Origin: a virus
Lineage: Duplodnaviria; Caudoviricetes
Direction: 5' to 3' (one strand)
IMG/VR virus record: IMGVR_UViG_3300006201_000008
Coordinates: 1-64,000 of that record
DNA: 64,000 bases
Positions 9,833 to 21,100 of the stretch are shown here, piece after piece. Under the pieces are notes generated by a model that was given only the letters and a program-made list of their open reading frames with translations, did no database searches and was not told where the DNA came from. Within the stretch, counting starts at the first letter, position 1; each line of letters begins with the position of its first letter. The position numbers were made by a program, and so were the translations under genes.

Positions 9833-11677
9833 ATGACAAAAAGAACAAAACAATATGAAAAATATCGTAATGATATTAATTTTATAAATCAGTATCAAAA
9901 GGCATCTAACGCTGCGTCGGGAAGCGTGAGAGATGCAAACGCAAATGTTGAAAATAAAAATGTTACTACTGAAACAGGTGAAATACCCAAAGGTAAATTT
10001 ATAGGCATCAACAGATTAAGAATGATCGACAAATTGACTGAATTGTATGGAGAAGATATAGCTGATGAATACATTAGGCAATTAGAACATCATGAAATTT
10101 ACAGAAATGATGAAACAAACCCACTTTTACCATATTGTGTAAGTATCACTATGTATCCATTTCTTTTTGAAGGTTTAAAAAACATCGGAGGGATTTCTGA
10201 TGCACCAACAAATTTGCAAGCATTTAATGGAGCTTTTATCAATTTAGTATTTGCAATAGCGTCTCAATTTGCTGGAGCGGTTTCAACTCCAGAATATCTT
10301 ACTTATTTAGATTATTTTATCCGTAAAGAATATGGAGATAAATATTATTTACATTCACAAGATGTTGTAGATTTGTCTAATAAGCATAGAAGTATAGACA
10401 AAGTTATTACTGATAGTTTTGAACAAGTCGTATACTCGCTTAATCAACCAGCGGCTGCAAGAAATTTTCAGAGTGTTTTTTGGAACATTGCATATTTTGA
10501 TAAATACTATTTTCAAGGAATATTTGACGATTTTGTATTCCCTGATGGTACAGAACCAACATGGGAAAGTGTTAGTTGGTTACAGAAAAGATTTATGAAT
10601 TGGTTTAACAATGAAAGGTTGAAAAAAATTCTAACATTTCCAGTTGAAACAATGAATCTGCTTAATAATGGAGAAACGTATTGTGATGAAGAATATTATG
10701 ATTTTACCTGCGAGATGTATGCAAAAGGTCATTCTTTCTTTACATATACAAGTGACAGCGTGGATTCTCTTGCTTCTTGTTGTCGACTTCGCAATGGTAT
10801 TACAAATAACACATTCTCTTATACTTTAGGTGCAGGTGGAGTATCGACTGGATCTAAAGGTGTAATCACAATTAATGTCAATAGACTTGTACAAAATGCC
10901 GCCAAAACAAATAAGGATGTTACAAAAGCAGTAAGAGAACAAGTTAAAAAAATCCATAAGTATTTGATTGCATTTAATGAAACACTAAAAGATAGTTTCA
11001 ATGCGAAAATGTTGCCTGTCTTTGACGCTGGATACATTTCTTTAGAAAAAGAATATCTTACGATTGGAATAAACGGTTTTGTAGAGGGTGCTGAATTTTT
11101 AGGTATTGATATTTCTCCAAACGATAAATATTTTGAATACGGAGAGAAAATTCTTAAACCTATTTTTGAAGAGAATAAAATAGCAAAAACAGAAGAATTG
11201 ATGTTTAATACAGAGTTTATTCCTGCGGAAAATCTTGGTGTTAAAAATGCAAAATGGGACAAAGAAGACGGTTTGTTTTCTCCCAGAGACTGTTATAACA
11301 GTTATTTTTACAAGGTTGAAGATGAGTCATGTAATATTATTGATAAATTTATTTTACATGGCAAACGTTTGACAAAATATTTAGATGGCGGATCTGCTTT
11401 GCACGCAAACCTCAGTGAACATTTATCAAAGGAACAGTATAAAAAGTTACTTATTGATGCTGTAAAAACAGGATGTTCGTATTTTACATTCAATATCCCC
11501 AATACAATTTGTAACGTTTGTGGGCATATTAGCAAACATATGCTTAAGAAATGTAAAGTCTGTGGAAGTAATGATATTGATTACATTACCAGAATTATTG
11601 GATATTTAAAAAGAGTTTCCAAATTCTCTGAAGAGAGACAAAGGGAAGCTGGAAAGAGACACTACGAAAAAATATGA
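9833..11677 (+). CDS. nrdD: anaerobic (class III) ribonucleoside-triphosphate reductase
   Basis: PYC, ASCCRL, EFIPAE, C-terminal CxxC..CxxC and RIIGYL glycyl-radical motif. Confidence 0.97.
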   Translation: MTKRTKQYEKYRNDINFINQYQKASNAASGSVRDANANVENKNVTTETGEIPKGKFIGINRLRMIDKLTELYGEDIADEYIRQLEHHEIYRNDETNPLLPYCVSITMYPFLFEGLKNIGGISDAPTNLQAFNGAFINLVFAIASQFAGAVSTPEYLTYLDYFIRKEYGDKYYLHSQDVVDLSNKHRSIDKVITDSFEQVVYSLNQPAAARNFQSVFWNIAYFDKYYFQGIFDDFVFPDGTEPTWESVSWLQKRFMNWFNNERLKKILTFPVETMNLLNNGETYCDEEYYDFTCEMYAKGHSFFTYTSDSVDSLASCCRLRNGITNNTFSYTLGAGGVSTGSKGVITINVNRLVQNAAKTNKDVTKAVREQVKKIHKYLIAFNETLKDSFNAKMLPVFDAGYISLEKEYLTIGINGFVEGAEFLGIDISPNDKYFEYGEKILKPIFEENKIAKTEELMFNTEFIPAENLGVKNAKWDKEDGLFSPRDCYNSYFYKVEDESCNIIDKFILHGKRLTKYLDGGSALHANLSEHLSKEQYKKLLIDAVKTGCSYFTFNIPNTICNVCGHISKHMLKKCKVCGSNDIDYITRIIGYLKRVSKFSEERQREAGKRHYEKI

Positions 11678-12126
11678 GAAAGCTAAAATATAGCGGTTAT
11701 ACAATAGTAATGCAAGAGGTACCAAATGAAATATCTTTGGCAATAAATATTAGTGATTGCCCTTACAAATGTAAGGGTTGTCACAGTATGTATTTGTGGG
11801 ATTATATTGGAGATTACCTAATAGACGATATAGATAACCTATTAAATAAATACAATAATCTAATATCGTGTGTATGTTTTATGGGTGGCGATCAAAATCA
11901 AGATGAATTGTTATATTGTTTGCAAAAAGCTAAGAAAAAAAAATTAAAAACCTGTTTGTACACAGGGAATGATGATATTAACTCTATTAGTAATGAAATT
12001 ATCAAAAATTTAGATTATATTAAAATTGGAAGATATATTGAAAAATTTGGTGGTTTAAATTGCAAAACAACGAATCAGAAAATGTTTGATTTAAATAATA
12101 ACGAGGAAATTTTCTTTTATAAATAA
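11674..12126 (+). CDS. nrdG: anaerobic RNR activating radical-SAM protein
   Basis: CPYKCKGCHS motif; ATGA overlap with nrdD. Confidence 0.95.
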   Translation: MRKLKYSGYTIVMQEVPNEISLAINISDCPYKCKGCHSMYLWDYIGDYLIDDIDNLLNKYNNLISCVCFMGGDQNQDELLYCLQKAKKKKLKTCLYTGNDDINSISNEIIKNLDYIKIGRYIEKFGGLNCKTTNQKMFDLNNNEEIFFYK

Positions 12127-12141
12127 TATGAAAGGTATAAT

Positions 12142-12320
12142 ATGTTGATTAGATTATCTGAAGATAAGGAATTAATACAAGAAATCAGAAAAAATTGAAA
12201 GAGAATAGTAATTACTGCCCATGTAAGATTGAAAAGACAGATGATACAAAATGTATGTGTAAAGAATTTAGAGAACAAGAAAATGGGGAGTGTTATTGTG
12301 GATTATATATTAAAGAGTAA
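12142..12320 (+). pseudogene. ferredoxin-thioredoxin reductase beta-like small protein, frameshifted
   Basis: YCPC...CMCKEFREQ..GECYCGLY motif; frameshift in the A-run near 12190. Confidence 0.65.
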
Positions 12321-12424
12321 TAAGTATTTTAGTTACACTATCTACATAATCATATAAAATTTTTCTACTAAAATTAAGGCATTGTGTCAATTACATCATT
12401 TATTTAGAAAGTGAGGGAAAATCA

Positions 12425-12655
12425 ATGTTACATAATGTGACCGTAAAACGTGAGGAAAACAAGGTGCTTGAGGAGTATTGGGAAATGCAGGCATTGCAGA
12501 AAAAACCGTCATCTATTGGTTTTCACGAAAAAAATTTTATTGAACTAGACCACGAACCAACTCCCCAGGAAATTGCTGATTTCTTAAATAATAGAAACGC
12601 TGATTTTATTCATGTATGGAAAAAATACAGGTTTAAGAACGAGTTGCCGTTTTAG
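12425..12655 (+). CDS. hypothetical phage protein
   Basis: 76-aa ORF with RBS. Confidence 0.6.
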   Translation: MLHNVTVKREENKVLEEYWEMQALQKKPSSIGFHEKNFIELDHEPTPQEIADFLNNRNADFIHVWKKYRFKNELPF

Positions 12656-12672
12656 GGAAAGGAGATGGAGAT

Positions 12673-12918
12673 ATGGAAGTGGGATTTAGACATGGAGCTA
12701 TGTGTGATAGTTACGAAAAGCAAGCAAATGAGCAGGGCTTTACTTTAGGAGAAAAGGCAGAATTGTTTGAGAAAATAGGTTTTTCTTGCAATCTGCTTAG
12801 AATACATGGGTATTTGACAGATAGCCAGACAGATATGATTTGCAAGAAAATTCAGAAAAATCTTGTAAAGAACTTATTGAGAATTGAGAAAGAAAGCGAG
12901 GGCAAAGACAATGAATAA
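12673..12918 (+). CDS. hypothetical phage protein
   Basis: 81-aa ORF with RBS. Confidence 0.65.
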   Translation: MEVGFRHGAMCDSYEKQANEQGFTLGEKAELFEKIGFSCNLLRIHGYLTDSQTDMICKKIQKNLVKNLLRIEKESEGKDNE

Positions 12919-13321
12919 AGTAATACTTATGGGACGTTTGTCAAAAGACCCCGAAGTAAGATATTCGCAAGGAAATAACGCTATGGCGATAGCAAGGTAC
13001 ACGCTGGCAGTTGACCGAAAATTCAAGCGTGACGGCGAACCAAACGCAGATTTCATTAACTGTATCGCATTTGGGAAGAATGGCGAGTTTGCGGAAAAGT
13101 ATCTGCATAAGGGGATAAAGATTTTGGTTGAGGGTAGATGGCAGTCAGGTAGCTATACCAATCGTGACGGTCAGAAAGTCTATACCAATGATTGCGTTGT
13201 GGAAAGCTGCGAGTTTGCAGAAAGCAAGAACGCAAATCAGAGTGAAAGACCGCAACCAAGTAATTCTGATGATGGCTTCATGCAAATTCCCGACAATATG
13301 GAGGACTTTCCATTCAACTGA
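12911..13321 (+). CDS. ssb: single-stranded DNA-binding protein
   Basis: MNKVILMGRLSKDPEVRY...ADFINC.AFG, acidic C-terminus DFPFN; ATG at 12911. Confidence 0.96.
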   Translation: MNKVILMGRLSKDPEVRYSQGNNAMAIARYTLAVDRKFKRDGEPNADFINCIAFGKNGEFAEKYLHKGIKILVEGRWQSGSYTNRDGQKVYTNDCVVESCEFAESKNANQSERPQPSNSDDGFMQIPDNMEDFPFN

Positions 13322-13334
13322 TTGGAGATATGAA

Positions 13335-13754
13335 ATGATTTGGAATTTAGTAATAATAGGAATAATATTTCTCGTTGGATTTTTGATAAATCACATTATC
13401 AAATACAAGGAATTGAAATTCGACAATATGATTTTGAAAAAACAAGTTGATGAAATCAGAAACAACTTCAAGATGTACAGAAATATTTCTGATTGCGAAA
13501 ATGCAGAGGTTGAAAAGTTAAGAAATCGAAACGCAGAACTTTTTATGGAGAATATGCAGCTTAAATCTCTTATTGGTGCATATCGGAATGTATATGGGAA
13601 TGGATATCAGGACAAATATTCAACACCGAAAATTCCAAAAGATACGATTGAAGCTGTTCGATACGCCATGAAACACGCCCATCCAGACAACGGAGGAAAC
13701 GCAGAGGATTTCATAAGGTTTCAAAAGTGCTATGAGGAATTGACAAGGAAGTGA
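13335..13754 (+). CDS. membrane-anchored coiled-coil protein with C-terminal J-domain-like motif
   Basis: N-terminal hydrophobic helix; AMKHAHPDNGGNAEDF (HPD motif). Confidence 0.7.
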   Translation: MIWNLVIIGIIFLVGFLINHIIKYKELKFDNMILKKQVDEIRNNFKMYRNISDCENAEVEKLRNRNAELFMENMQLKSLIGAYRNVYGNGYQDKYSTPKIPKDTIEAVRYAMKHAHPDNGGNAEDFIRFQKCYEELTRK

Positions 13755-13764
13755 GGTTGAGAAG

Positions 13765-14319
13765 ATGGTATTTTTAAATTCTTGCGAATTGTTTTGGTAT
13801 TTAAACGAAGTTATAGATAAAAAGATGGAGGAAAAACCACCTTTTGATATAGATGTAAATATATCCACATACGGAATAAGCCTTTGCGATAGAAAAGGAG
13901 AATATGAACCAGGAAACTATTATTATGAAAAAACTGAAGCAAAGGAATTTATAGAAAAATTATACGAAACAAAATGCAAAATGCTGGTAGGTATTCCACC
14001 AATAAAGAAATATCAAAAACAAAATTATGGATTGAATTATTCAGAATACCATAAAAAGATAGAGGAAATCTTAGCCATAGGAGAAGAATATGATATAAAT
14101 TGTATTCCTTCGGAAAATCTTCACTTCAAATTTTATAGGATTGATGAAATTGTTGTAACTGGTGGAGTTAATTTCGGAAATTCCATGTGGAATGACTGCT
14201 CTGTTTTAATAGAAGCGAAGGAAGACAAAGAACGTTTGCAGTTTCTTTTTGATTGTTCATGGGACGGTGCGACAAAGATACATCCGGTTTTAGACAAAAT
14301 AAAATATATGACAGACTAA
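13765..14319 (+). CDS. PLD-family nuclease-like protein (single HKD)
   Basis: HFKFYRIDEIVVTGGVNF matches HxKxxxxD...GxxN. Confidence 0.6.
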   Translation: MVFLNSCELFWYLNEVIDKKMEEKPPFDIDVNISTYGISLCDRKGEYEPGNYYYEKTEAKEFIEKLYETKCKMLVGIPPIKKYQKQNYGLNYSEYHKKIEEILAIGEEYDINCIPSENLHFKFYRIDEIVVTGGVNFGNSMWNDCSVLIEAKEDKERLQFLFDCSWDGATKIHPVLDKIKYMTD

Positions 14320-14347
14320 AAATTAGAAGAAAAATAAAATTTCAAGA

Positions 14348-15256
14348 TTGGAGGTAATGGAGGTTTCCCGGGAAAAAGACGTCTTTACTCCAATCGGAAG
14401 AACGGAACAGAGAAGAAAGAAAATTAAATGCGAGATTTACAGAGACAGTATGCAGAACTATAAGAAGTATGCCATACCGCCAGCGCAGCTAATCATAGCG
14501 GACGTTCCGTACAACGTAGGGAATAACTTTTATGGTTCAAACCCTATGTGGTACAACGGCAGTGATAATAAAAACGGAGAAAGCAAACTTGCAGGCAAGG
14601 CGGCGTTTAATTCGGACTTTAACTTTAATCTGTATGAGTATTTTCACTTTTGCTCAAAGATGTTAAAGAAAGACGATACAAAGCCAGTGCCAAGAGGCAG
14701 GAGCAGTAATTCCCCTTGCATGATTGTATTTTGCAGTTTTGAGCAGATACAGACACTTATCAATGTGGCGGCGAAACACGGTTTTATCCACTACATACCG
14801 CTGATATTCTGCAAGAATTACAGTCCGCAAGTGCTGAAAGCAAATATGCGTGTCGTTGGTGCTACGGAATACGCCTTGCTGTTATATCGGGATAAGTTGC
14901 CGAAGTTTAGAAATGGATTGCAAATTGATGACAGCGGTAAGAATATTCCGGGAACAGGGCATATGATTTTTAACTGGTTTTCATGGGAGCGCGATGGAAA
15001 AGAGATACCGAAAATCCATCCGGCACAAAAACCAATAAAGACACTTAAAAAGCTGATTGAGATATTCACAGATGAGGGAGATGTTGTCATAGACCCTTGT
15101 TGTGGTAGTGGTACGACACTTCGGGCGGCGGTTGAACTTGGCAGAAGTGCATATGGATTTGAGATTGACCGCACGTTTTATCAGAGGGCGAAAGATGAAA
15201 TGCTTGTGTTTGAGAAAGATAATCAGATGAATTTATTTGATTTTATAGGAGGTTGA
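14348..15256 (+). CDS. orphan N6A/N4C DNA methyltransferase (beta class)
   Basis: IADVPY catalytic motif, HPAQKP, VIDPCCGSGTT SAM-binding motif. Confidence 0.92.
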   Translation: MEVMEVSREKDVFTPIGRTEQRRKKIKCEIYRDSMQNYKKYAIPPAQLIIADVPYNVGNNFYGSNPMWYNGSDNKNGESKLAGKAAFNSDFNFNLYEYFHFCSKMLKKDDTKPVPRGRSSNSPCMIVFCSFEQIQTLINVAAKHGFIHYIPLIFCKNYSPQVLKANMRVVGATEYALLLYRDKLPKFRNGLQIDDSGKNIPGTGHMIFNWFSWERDGKEIPKIHPAQKPIKTLKKLIEIFTDEGDVVIDPCCGSGTTLRAAVELGRSAYGFEIDRTFYQRAKDEMLVFEKDNQMNLFDFIGG

Positions 15257-15260
15257 GGGA

Positions 15261-15623
15261 ATGTTAAAAGCAGTTGTATTTGACGAATTTTCTTTAGTAT
15301 GTCCATATTTTTATACTTTTGGAGAAGGGTATATAAATGGTGGATATAACTGTAAACATCCAAAACAAGATGAAGTTGAAGATGTTGGCTATAAAGGAAA
15401 GAAAAAATGCGGATGTTGCAATCATTTTTCTTGCCCTCTTGGATTCACTGCAGAACAACAGGATTTAACTGACAGAGAAGCTCCAGATGCTGTAAAAGAT
15501 GAAATTAACTGGGATGGTTTATGTGAGGATGGGGAAGTTTCAGAAGGAGAATATTTACTTGTTGAAATTGGAGAAAAAGCTACGGACGAACAAAAGAAGT
15601 CTATGCGAAACTATGAGGCATGA
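15261..15623 (+). CDS. hypothetical Cys-rich protein (possibly truncated by TGA)
   Basis: 120-aa ORF; reading continues briefly past the TGA. Confidence 0.55.
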   Translation: MLKAVVFDEFSLVCPYFYTFGEGYINGGYNCKHPKQDEVEDVGYKGKKKCGCCNHFSCPLGFTAEQQDLTDREAPDAVKDEINWDGLCEDGEVSEGEYLLVEIGEKATDEQKKSMRNYEA

Positions 15624-16181
15624 ATGCACATATACGACATAAAATAGTTTACTGCATTTATCGTGAGAGAGAAAAGAGAAATACCAAGATATTAAACTTT
15701 ATTACATAATACACGAGTCTAAAAAGCATTAGGCTTTATTATTGTGTTACATTATTTGCATATACATAGAAATTCATCGAGCAATTAAGAGATATCGGAG
15801 TTAAAAAATTCAATTTTTAATGATTAATAGTTATAACAAAAATTCTCCCTCATTCATTGAAATATATACGCTTTCAATCAGCACAGACAAAGAAGAATGA
15901 GAGCATAAAAAAGAAAAGCGTTTTATATGTTGATAAGCGAAATCTTTTGAATAAAAAAGAGCAGTAAATATGGAGAAATTATTTGATGTTTATTATACAA
16001 AATCTGATGAAAAAGAATACAAGGTCGGATATTAATGCATTGATAAAAGTCGGGCAAGAAAATTGTTCTTTTCTGAAATCAAAAAGAGAGAAGAATACAA
16101 AAGGATTGTTGAAGTTAAATAATAGGACAATCAGTATTTTATACTGAGTTTAGAAATGTATATAGAAAGGAATTAAACATT

Positions 16182-16733
16182 ATGGAAAAGAATTTGGATA
16201 TAAATATTATTAATCAAAGTAACAGAACAAGTGCAAAATTCGAAAAAGTATCTTTCGATCAATTTAAAAAAGACTGGATTAACTCTTTCCCAGAAGATGA
16301 AAAAAATATTGAGTATATTGAAAATATATATAAAAAAATAAAACTTCCGCAACGTAGTACCAAAAAGTCTGCAGGATATGATTTCTTTATACCTATGGAT
16401 GTTATTTTTTGTGTAGATAGTGAAATGGTAATACCAACAGGTATTAAATGTATAAATATGCCAGCTGATAAAATGTTAAAGTTATATCCCCGTAGTGGTC
16501 TTGGTACTAAATACAGATTTGTAATAGCAAATTCAACTGGCATTATTGATGCTGATTATTCCACATCTGAAAAAGAAGGACACATTCTTGTCAAAATGGT
16601 AAACGATGGCTACTATGAATTAACTCTTGATCAAGGAAAAGCATTTTGCCAAGGAATAATTCAAAATTATTATATTACAGCAGACGACAATTGCACCACG
16701 AAAAGAACTGGTGGATTTGGCAGTACTGATTAA
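16182..16733 (+). CDS. dut: trimeric dUTPase
   Basis: SAGYDF, PRSGLG, GIIDADY, RTGGFGST motifs. Confidence 0.95.
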   Translation: MEKNLDINIINQSNRTSAKFEKVSFDQFKKDWINSFPEDEKNIEYIENIYKKIKLPQRSTKKSAGYDFFIPMDVIFCVDSEMVIPTGIKCINMPADKMLKLYPRSGLGTKYRFVIANSTGIIDADYSTSEKEGHILVKMVNDGYYELTLDQGKAFCQGIIQNYYITADDNCTTKRTGGFGSTD

Positions 16734-16961
16734 TTAAAAATACTTTCTAGTAATCTCTATTGTATAAATACTTTTATATAATTGAGATTGCTAATTTACG
16801 GAGATTAATAATGAATAAAAAACATAGAAATATAAAATTGACAAACAATGATTCTAAAATAGAAAAAGAAGAATATGAATTTTCTATAAAAGATTTTGTT
16901 AATATTACAACTCAAAGTGCACTTCATACTTTACTTATTATTGATGAAATCATAAATCTTA

Positions 16962-17366
16962 TTGACAAATAGCATAAGATATAACATTACTAAGAATATA
17001 TTTCTATACAAGAAAGGATCATCTATATTGAAGAATATTTTAAATAATACATATGTAATAAAAGACTTTTCTACTAAAAACTTAAAATGCTTAGGATTCC
17101 ATTACAATAAAGAATTTGGTAACGCCGACAGAAGTTGTTATTCTATACGTTTCCCTGCTGTTAAATACAATTCACATGCTTCTATAGAAGGCGAAATTAC
17201 TGTTGATACAACAGACGGTTCTATTTTTATAGACGTTTATGATCTAAAAGGAAATTATTATATTCCCTTTTACAATCACGAATATGGTAATTTTGATGAC
17301 ATACTACAAATAATTAATAAAAGTATTGAAAGACAACTAAGAAAATGTAAAATAAAGAAAGTATAA
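16962..17366 (+). CDS. hypothetical phage protein
   Basis: 134-aa ORF; start uncertain. Confidence 0.6.
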   Translation: MTNSIRYNITKNIFLYKKGSSILKNILNNTYVIKDFSTKNLKCLGFHYNKEFGNADRSCYSIRFPAVKYNSHASIEGEITVDTTDGSIFIDVYDLKGNYYIPFYNHEYGNFDDILQIINKSIERQLRKCKIKKV

Positions 17367-17382
17367 AATAATAGTATATAAC

Positions 17383-17589
17383 ATGAAAGATAAGATGATA
17401 TTAACAAGTGAATGCGAAAATTGCATTTACAGTATTTTAAATGAAACTAATCGAGCAAAAATAATTATACACTGCAAAATAAAAGATCGTGATTATATTT
17501 ATGGTCAACGAATATCCTGTGACAAAAAAGAGAAAGAAACAAACGTGAAAATACAATTAGAAAATGAGAAAGAACACAAATGTAATTAA
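17383..17589 (+). CDS. hypothetical protein
   Basis: 68-aa ORF with CxxC. Confidence 0.55.
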   Translation: MKDKMILTSECENCIYSILNETNRAKIIIHCKIKDRDYIYGQRISCDKKEKETNVKIQLENEKEHKCN

Positions 17590-17600
17590 GGAGAATTAAA

Positions 17601-17894
17601 TTGCCTACAAACAATGATAATAAAACGAAACTTTTCTGGAAAATGGGAAATGGTGATTATCAACAAATTGGTGAAGTTACAAATATGAATTTAGAAATAG
17701 ACGATAATAATTCTGATGATAAAATATTGATTGATAAATCAATATTACAAGAAAAATCCATATCTCTAAAGATTAATAAAAAAGAACAAAGGAAATTTGA
17801 TAGAATAATAGCAAATAATTATAGACCTTTAAATTTTATTAACAACTGGCGAAAAATGCACCATATACCATTGCTTAAACGACATAAAAATTAA
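17601..17894 (+). CDS. hypothetical phage protein
   Basis: 97-aa ORF, AAGGAG RBS. Confidence 0.65.
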   Translation: MPTNNDNKTKLFWKMGNGDYQQIGEVTNMNLEIDDNNSDDKILIDKSILQEKSISLKINKKEQRKFDRIIANNYRPLNFINNWRKMHHIPLLKRHKN

Positions 17895-18092
17895 TAAAGT
17901 ATATAAATAATTCACCACTATTCGCAAAACTATCCTTTTGCGAATAGTTAACCTTTAGAATATAATTTGATTTATTTTTTCTATAGTTAATCATTTTCAT
18001 CAAACTAATTGAAATCACAGTGACCTGCTCCCATGGTCTCCGAACCTGCCGGAGCATTGCCGGAAATCTAATAAATATGAAGTAAAATAAAG

Positions 18093-18137
18093 GATGGAGC
18101 AAATCTGTTATTATCATACAGGATTGCTCCATTTTTG
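18093..18137. terminator. intrinsic terminator between convergent units
   Basis: ATGGAGCAA...TTGCTCCAT stem followed by a T-run. Confidence 0.6.
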
Positions 18138-18170
18138 TATAGGTATCCACTATCTACTGTTTACTTCTAC

Positions 18171-21100
18171 TTAATCATAACTTGCATTAGAAGAATATGT
18201 ATTTATTTCTGAAACTGAAATATTTTTATCGTTATCAATTGTTAATTTAAAAACATTCCAATATGTACCCGAACTATTTTTATCAACATTAAAAGTCTGC
18301 TGAAGATTATGACTGTCATTGTAATAAATTTTTACTTGAGCATTAGAATTTGCCATCTCTTTAGAATCCGTACTAGATCCATTTGTATAGTCATGTACGT
18401 AAAAATAATAATCCCCTGGAGTCAATGAATGTATTGTAGTTATTTCAGGCCCAAAAGAAGTTGTATCATCATAGTCAAGATCTGCTGCATAATCTTTAGA
18501 ATCTGCACTATATGAGCCATTCTTATAATAATTTTTTTCGCCAAAATATATATGAAATCTTTGACTAAACAATCCTATTCCTGGCCCTACAAGATGTGAA
18601 TCTAAATCTCTAGGTTCGGCTCCCCATGTTAAGACAATTCTAATCGATTCTGGCTCTGTAATTCCTACATCATCAAATGCTTTTTTTATCGCTTCTTGTT
18701 GTTCGTTTGTAAAACCATACGACTTTGCTGTTGCAAGAATAGCAGCTCGTGCATCTAAGAACTTAGCGTCAGTTGACAAACGATGTAATGAATTATAATA
18801 TATTTTAGCCCACGTTTCTTTCGATACATTACTATTCCTTCTATCGCTCATCATCTTATATGCCGCAAAATTAAAAATACCACTATAACGATGAACCCCA
18901 CCATTATCATCTTTGTAATTTTTATCAAAATTGTCATAATGTTCTGGCTGTCTAAATTGAGATGGATCTGACATATTTCTTAATGCTCTAGCATCTTCTC
19001 CAATTAACCATCTATCATTACCCTCTTTATTTTCAATTAACGAACCCATAATATCCGCATATGATTCATTTAGGGCACCAGTTTCTCCTTTATAATGTAA
19101 ACCTTTGTCAAGCCACCCTCCAACTACAGAGTTAATTACAGCATGAGTATATTCATGACCCATAGCATCAATTGCCTTTTGATAAATACTTTCATTCCCA
19201 TCTGTTGCACTTTGAAAAATGAATTGTTTTTTGCTATTACTCCAAAAAGCATTTTCACCTCGTTCGTTTTCTTTATCAGTATAATAATTATATGTAATAA
19301 TAATTTTTTTGTTATTATTGTCAAAAGAATTACGGTTAAGAACATTTTTATAATAATCATAAACAACTGACATATTTGCATGAGCGGATACCGCAGCTTT
19401 CTCAATATTCTCTTGGTTATCTGCGGTAAATATGGTTCCAGGTATTTTATATTCCACAATATCATCACCAAATAACCAATACTTTTTCCTAGTTGTTCTA
19501 TCAGATTTATATGTGTGTATATTTCTACCACTATCCATTAGAAAATACTTATTATTATTAAATTCTGCCTTAAATGTACGTTGCTGATCCAACATGTCTT
19601 CTGAAGATATATCCATTTGTATATCTTGATTTTCAGAAATAACATCTATCACTTGTCCTGCGTTTGATCCATTAGCATGTATATAATAAATATTATTTAT
19701 ATCATCTATTCCATTAATCCTAACTTCATATGCTAAAATTGGGCTTTCTCTTTTATCATTCGCATAAATTATAAGCTCAGATGTGATATCAAACAAATTA
19801 TATAAATCATCTTTATTAATATTGCCATTGTTTATGCTATCTTTAATTTCATCATCAATCAATAAATTAAACACGTTTTCTTTTGCAATACCACTATTTA
19901 TTGATGGATAAATATTAACATTTTGAATCCTATCATCATATGTACTAAAAATTCCGCTTGCTTCGCCATTATCTTTTGTTGTTAATATAATTTGACTTCC
20001 TAATACAGGAATATTTTCAATTTTAGGACTGTATCTATAAAACGTTTCTTTTGAATGGTCTAACATATTAGAATCATTAATTTCTTGAGATGTTATTTCT
20101 GATTCTTCTACATAAAAATCATGCTGATAATTATCATTCTTTGGGTTAAATATGTCAGAAGCAAGATTAAATATCTTAGCCGCATCTGATGTAGAGTTGA
20201 CTTTTTCATTTGTAAACTTTCCATCTATCATGCTAATATTTCCAGTTTCATCATACATGACATCAATAATACCTCGATCATTTAAATGCTCAATATCACC
20301 CAAATCTATTCTGTTATCATTAAGATTATCATTATTTTCATCCCATTTTGCATATAATGTAATATTATTTGAGATTATTTCTGAAAAATCAAATTTTATA
20401 CTAAATTCCTCATCTATGTACCATCCACTAAAGACACATCCTTCTTTTGTTGGATCATCTGGTTTGATTGCGGTATTTGCATTTTCTATAATTTGATCTT
20501 CAATAATGCTTCCACCATTTGTATTGAATTTTATTGTATATTTTTTTGGTGATATAGCATTCCACTTTGCATATAATGTTATATTTTCTTTAACAGCAGT
20601 TTTAAAATCATATACAATTTCCAAATCTTTATCAATATACCAACCATCAAAAACATATCCTTCTTTTATTGGATCATTTGGCTTTATAGTATTGTTACCA
20701 CCTTCAACAATCTGGTCTTCGATTTCACTTCCACCATTTGAATCAAATTTAATCGTATATTTAACTTGGGTCACATGATTATTTCCTGTATTATTTCCCG
20801 TACCATTTCCTCCAGTATAATCCCAATTAGGTTGATAATTATTTTCTACTTGCCATTTTGCGTAAATAGTTATATCTTTTGTAACTGGATTAGAAAAATC
20901 ATACTTTTCTTTTAATTGACTATCACTAAACCAATCAACAAATGTTGACCTTGGGCGTGTAGGATTAATTGGTCTTGCAACCTTATCTCCATTTTCTATA
21001 ACTTGGTTTTCAATTCGATTTCCACCATTCGTTTGAAATTTTACTATATATGCATTATTCCATTTTGCATATAATGTTATGTTATCTGAAACGGTGCTTG

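Noticed and set aside
189-15660. Stop-codon recoding (TGA/TAG read as Trp)
   Set aside because: Intact genes use TGG and end normally at TGA or TAG; the lesions also include frameshifts
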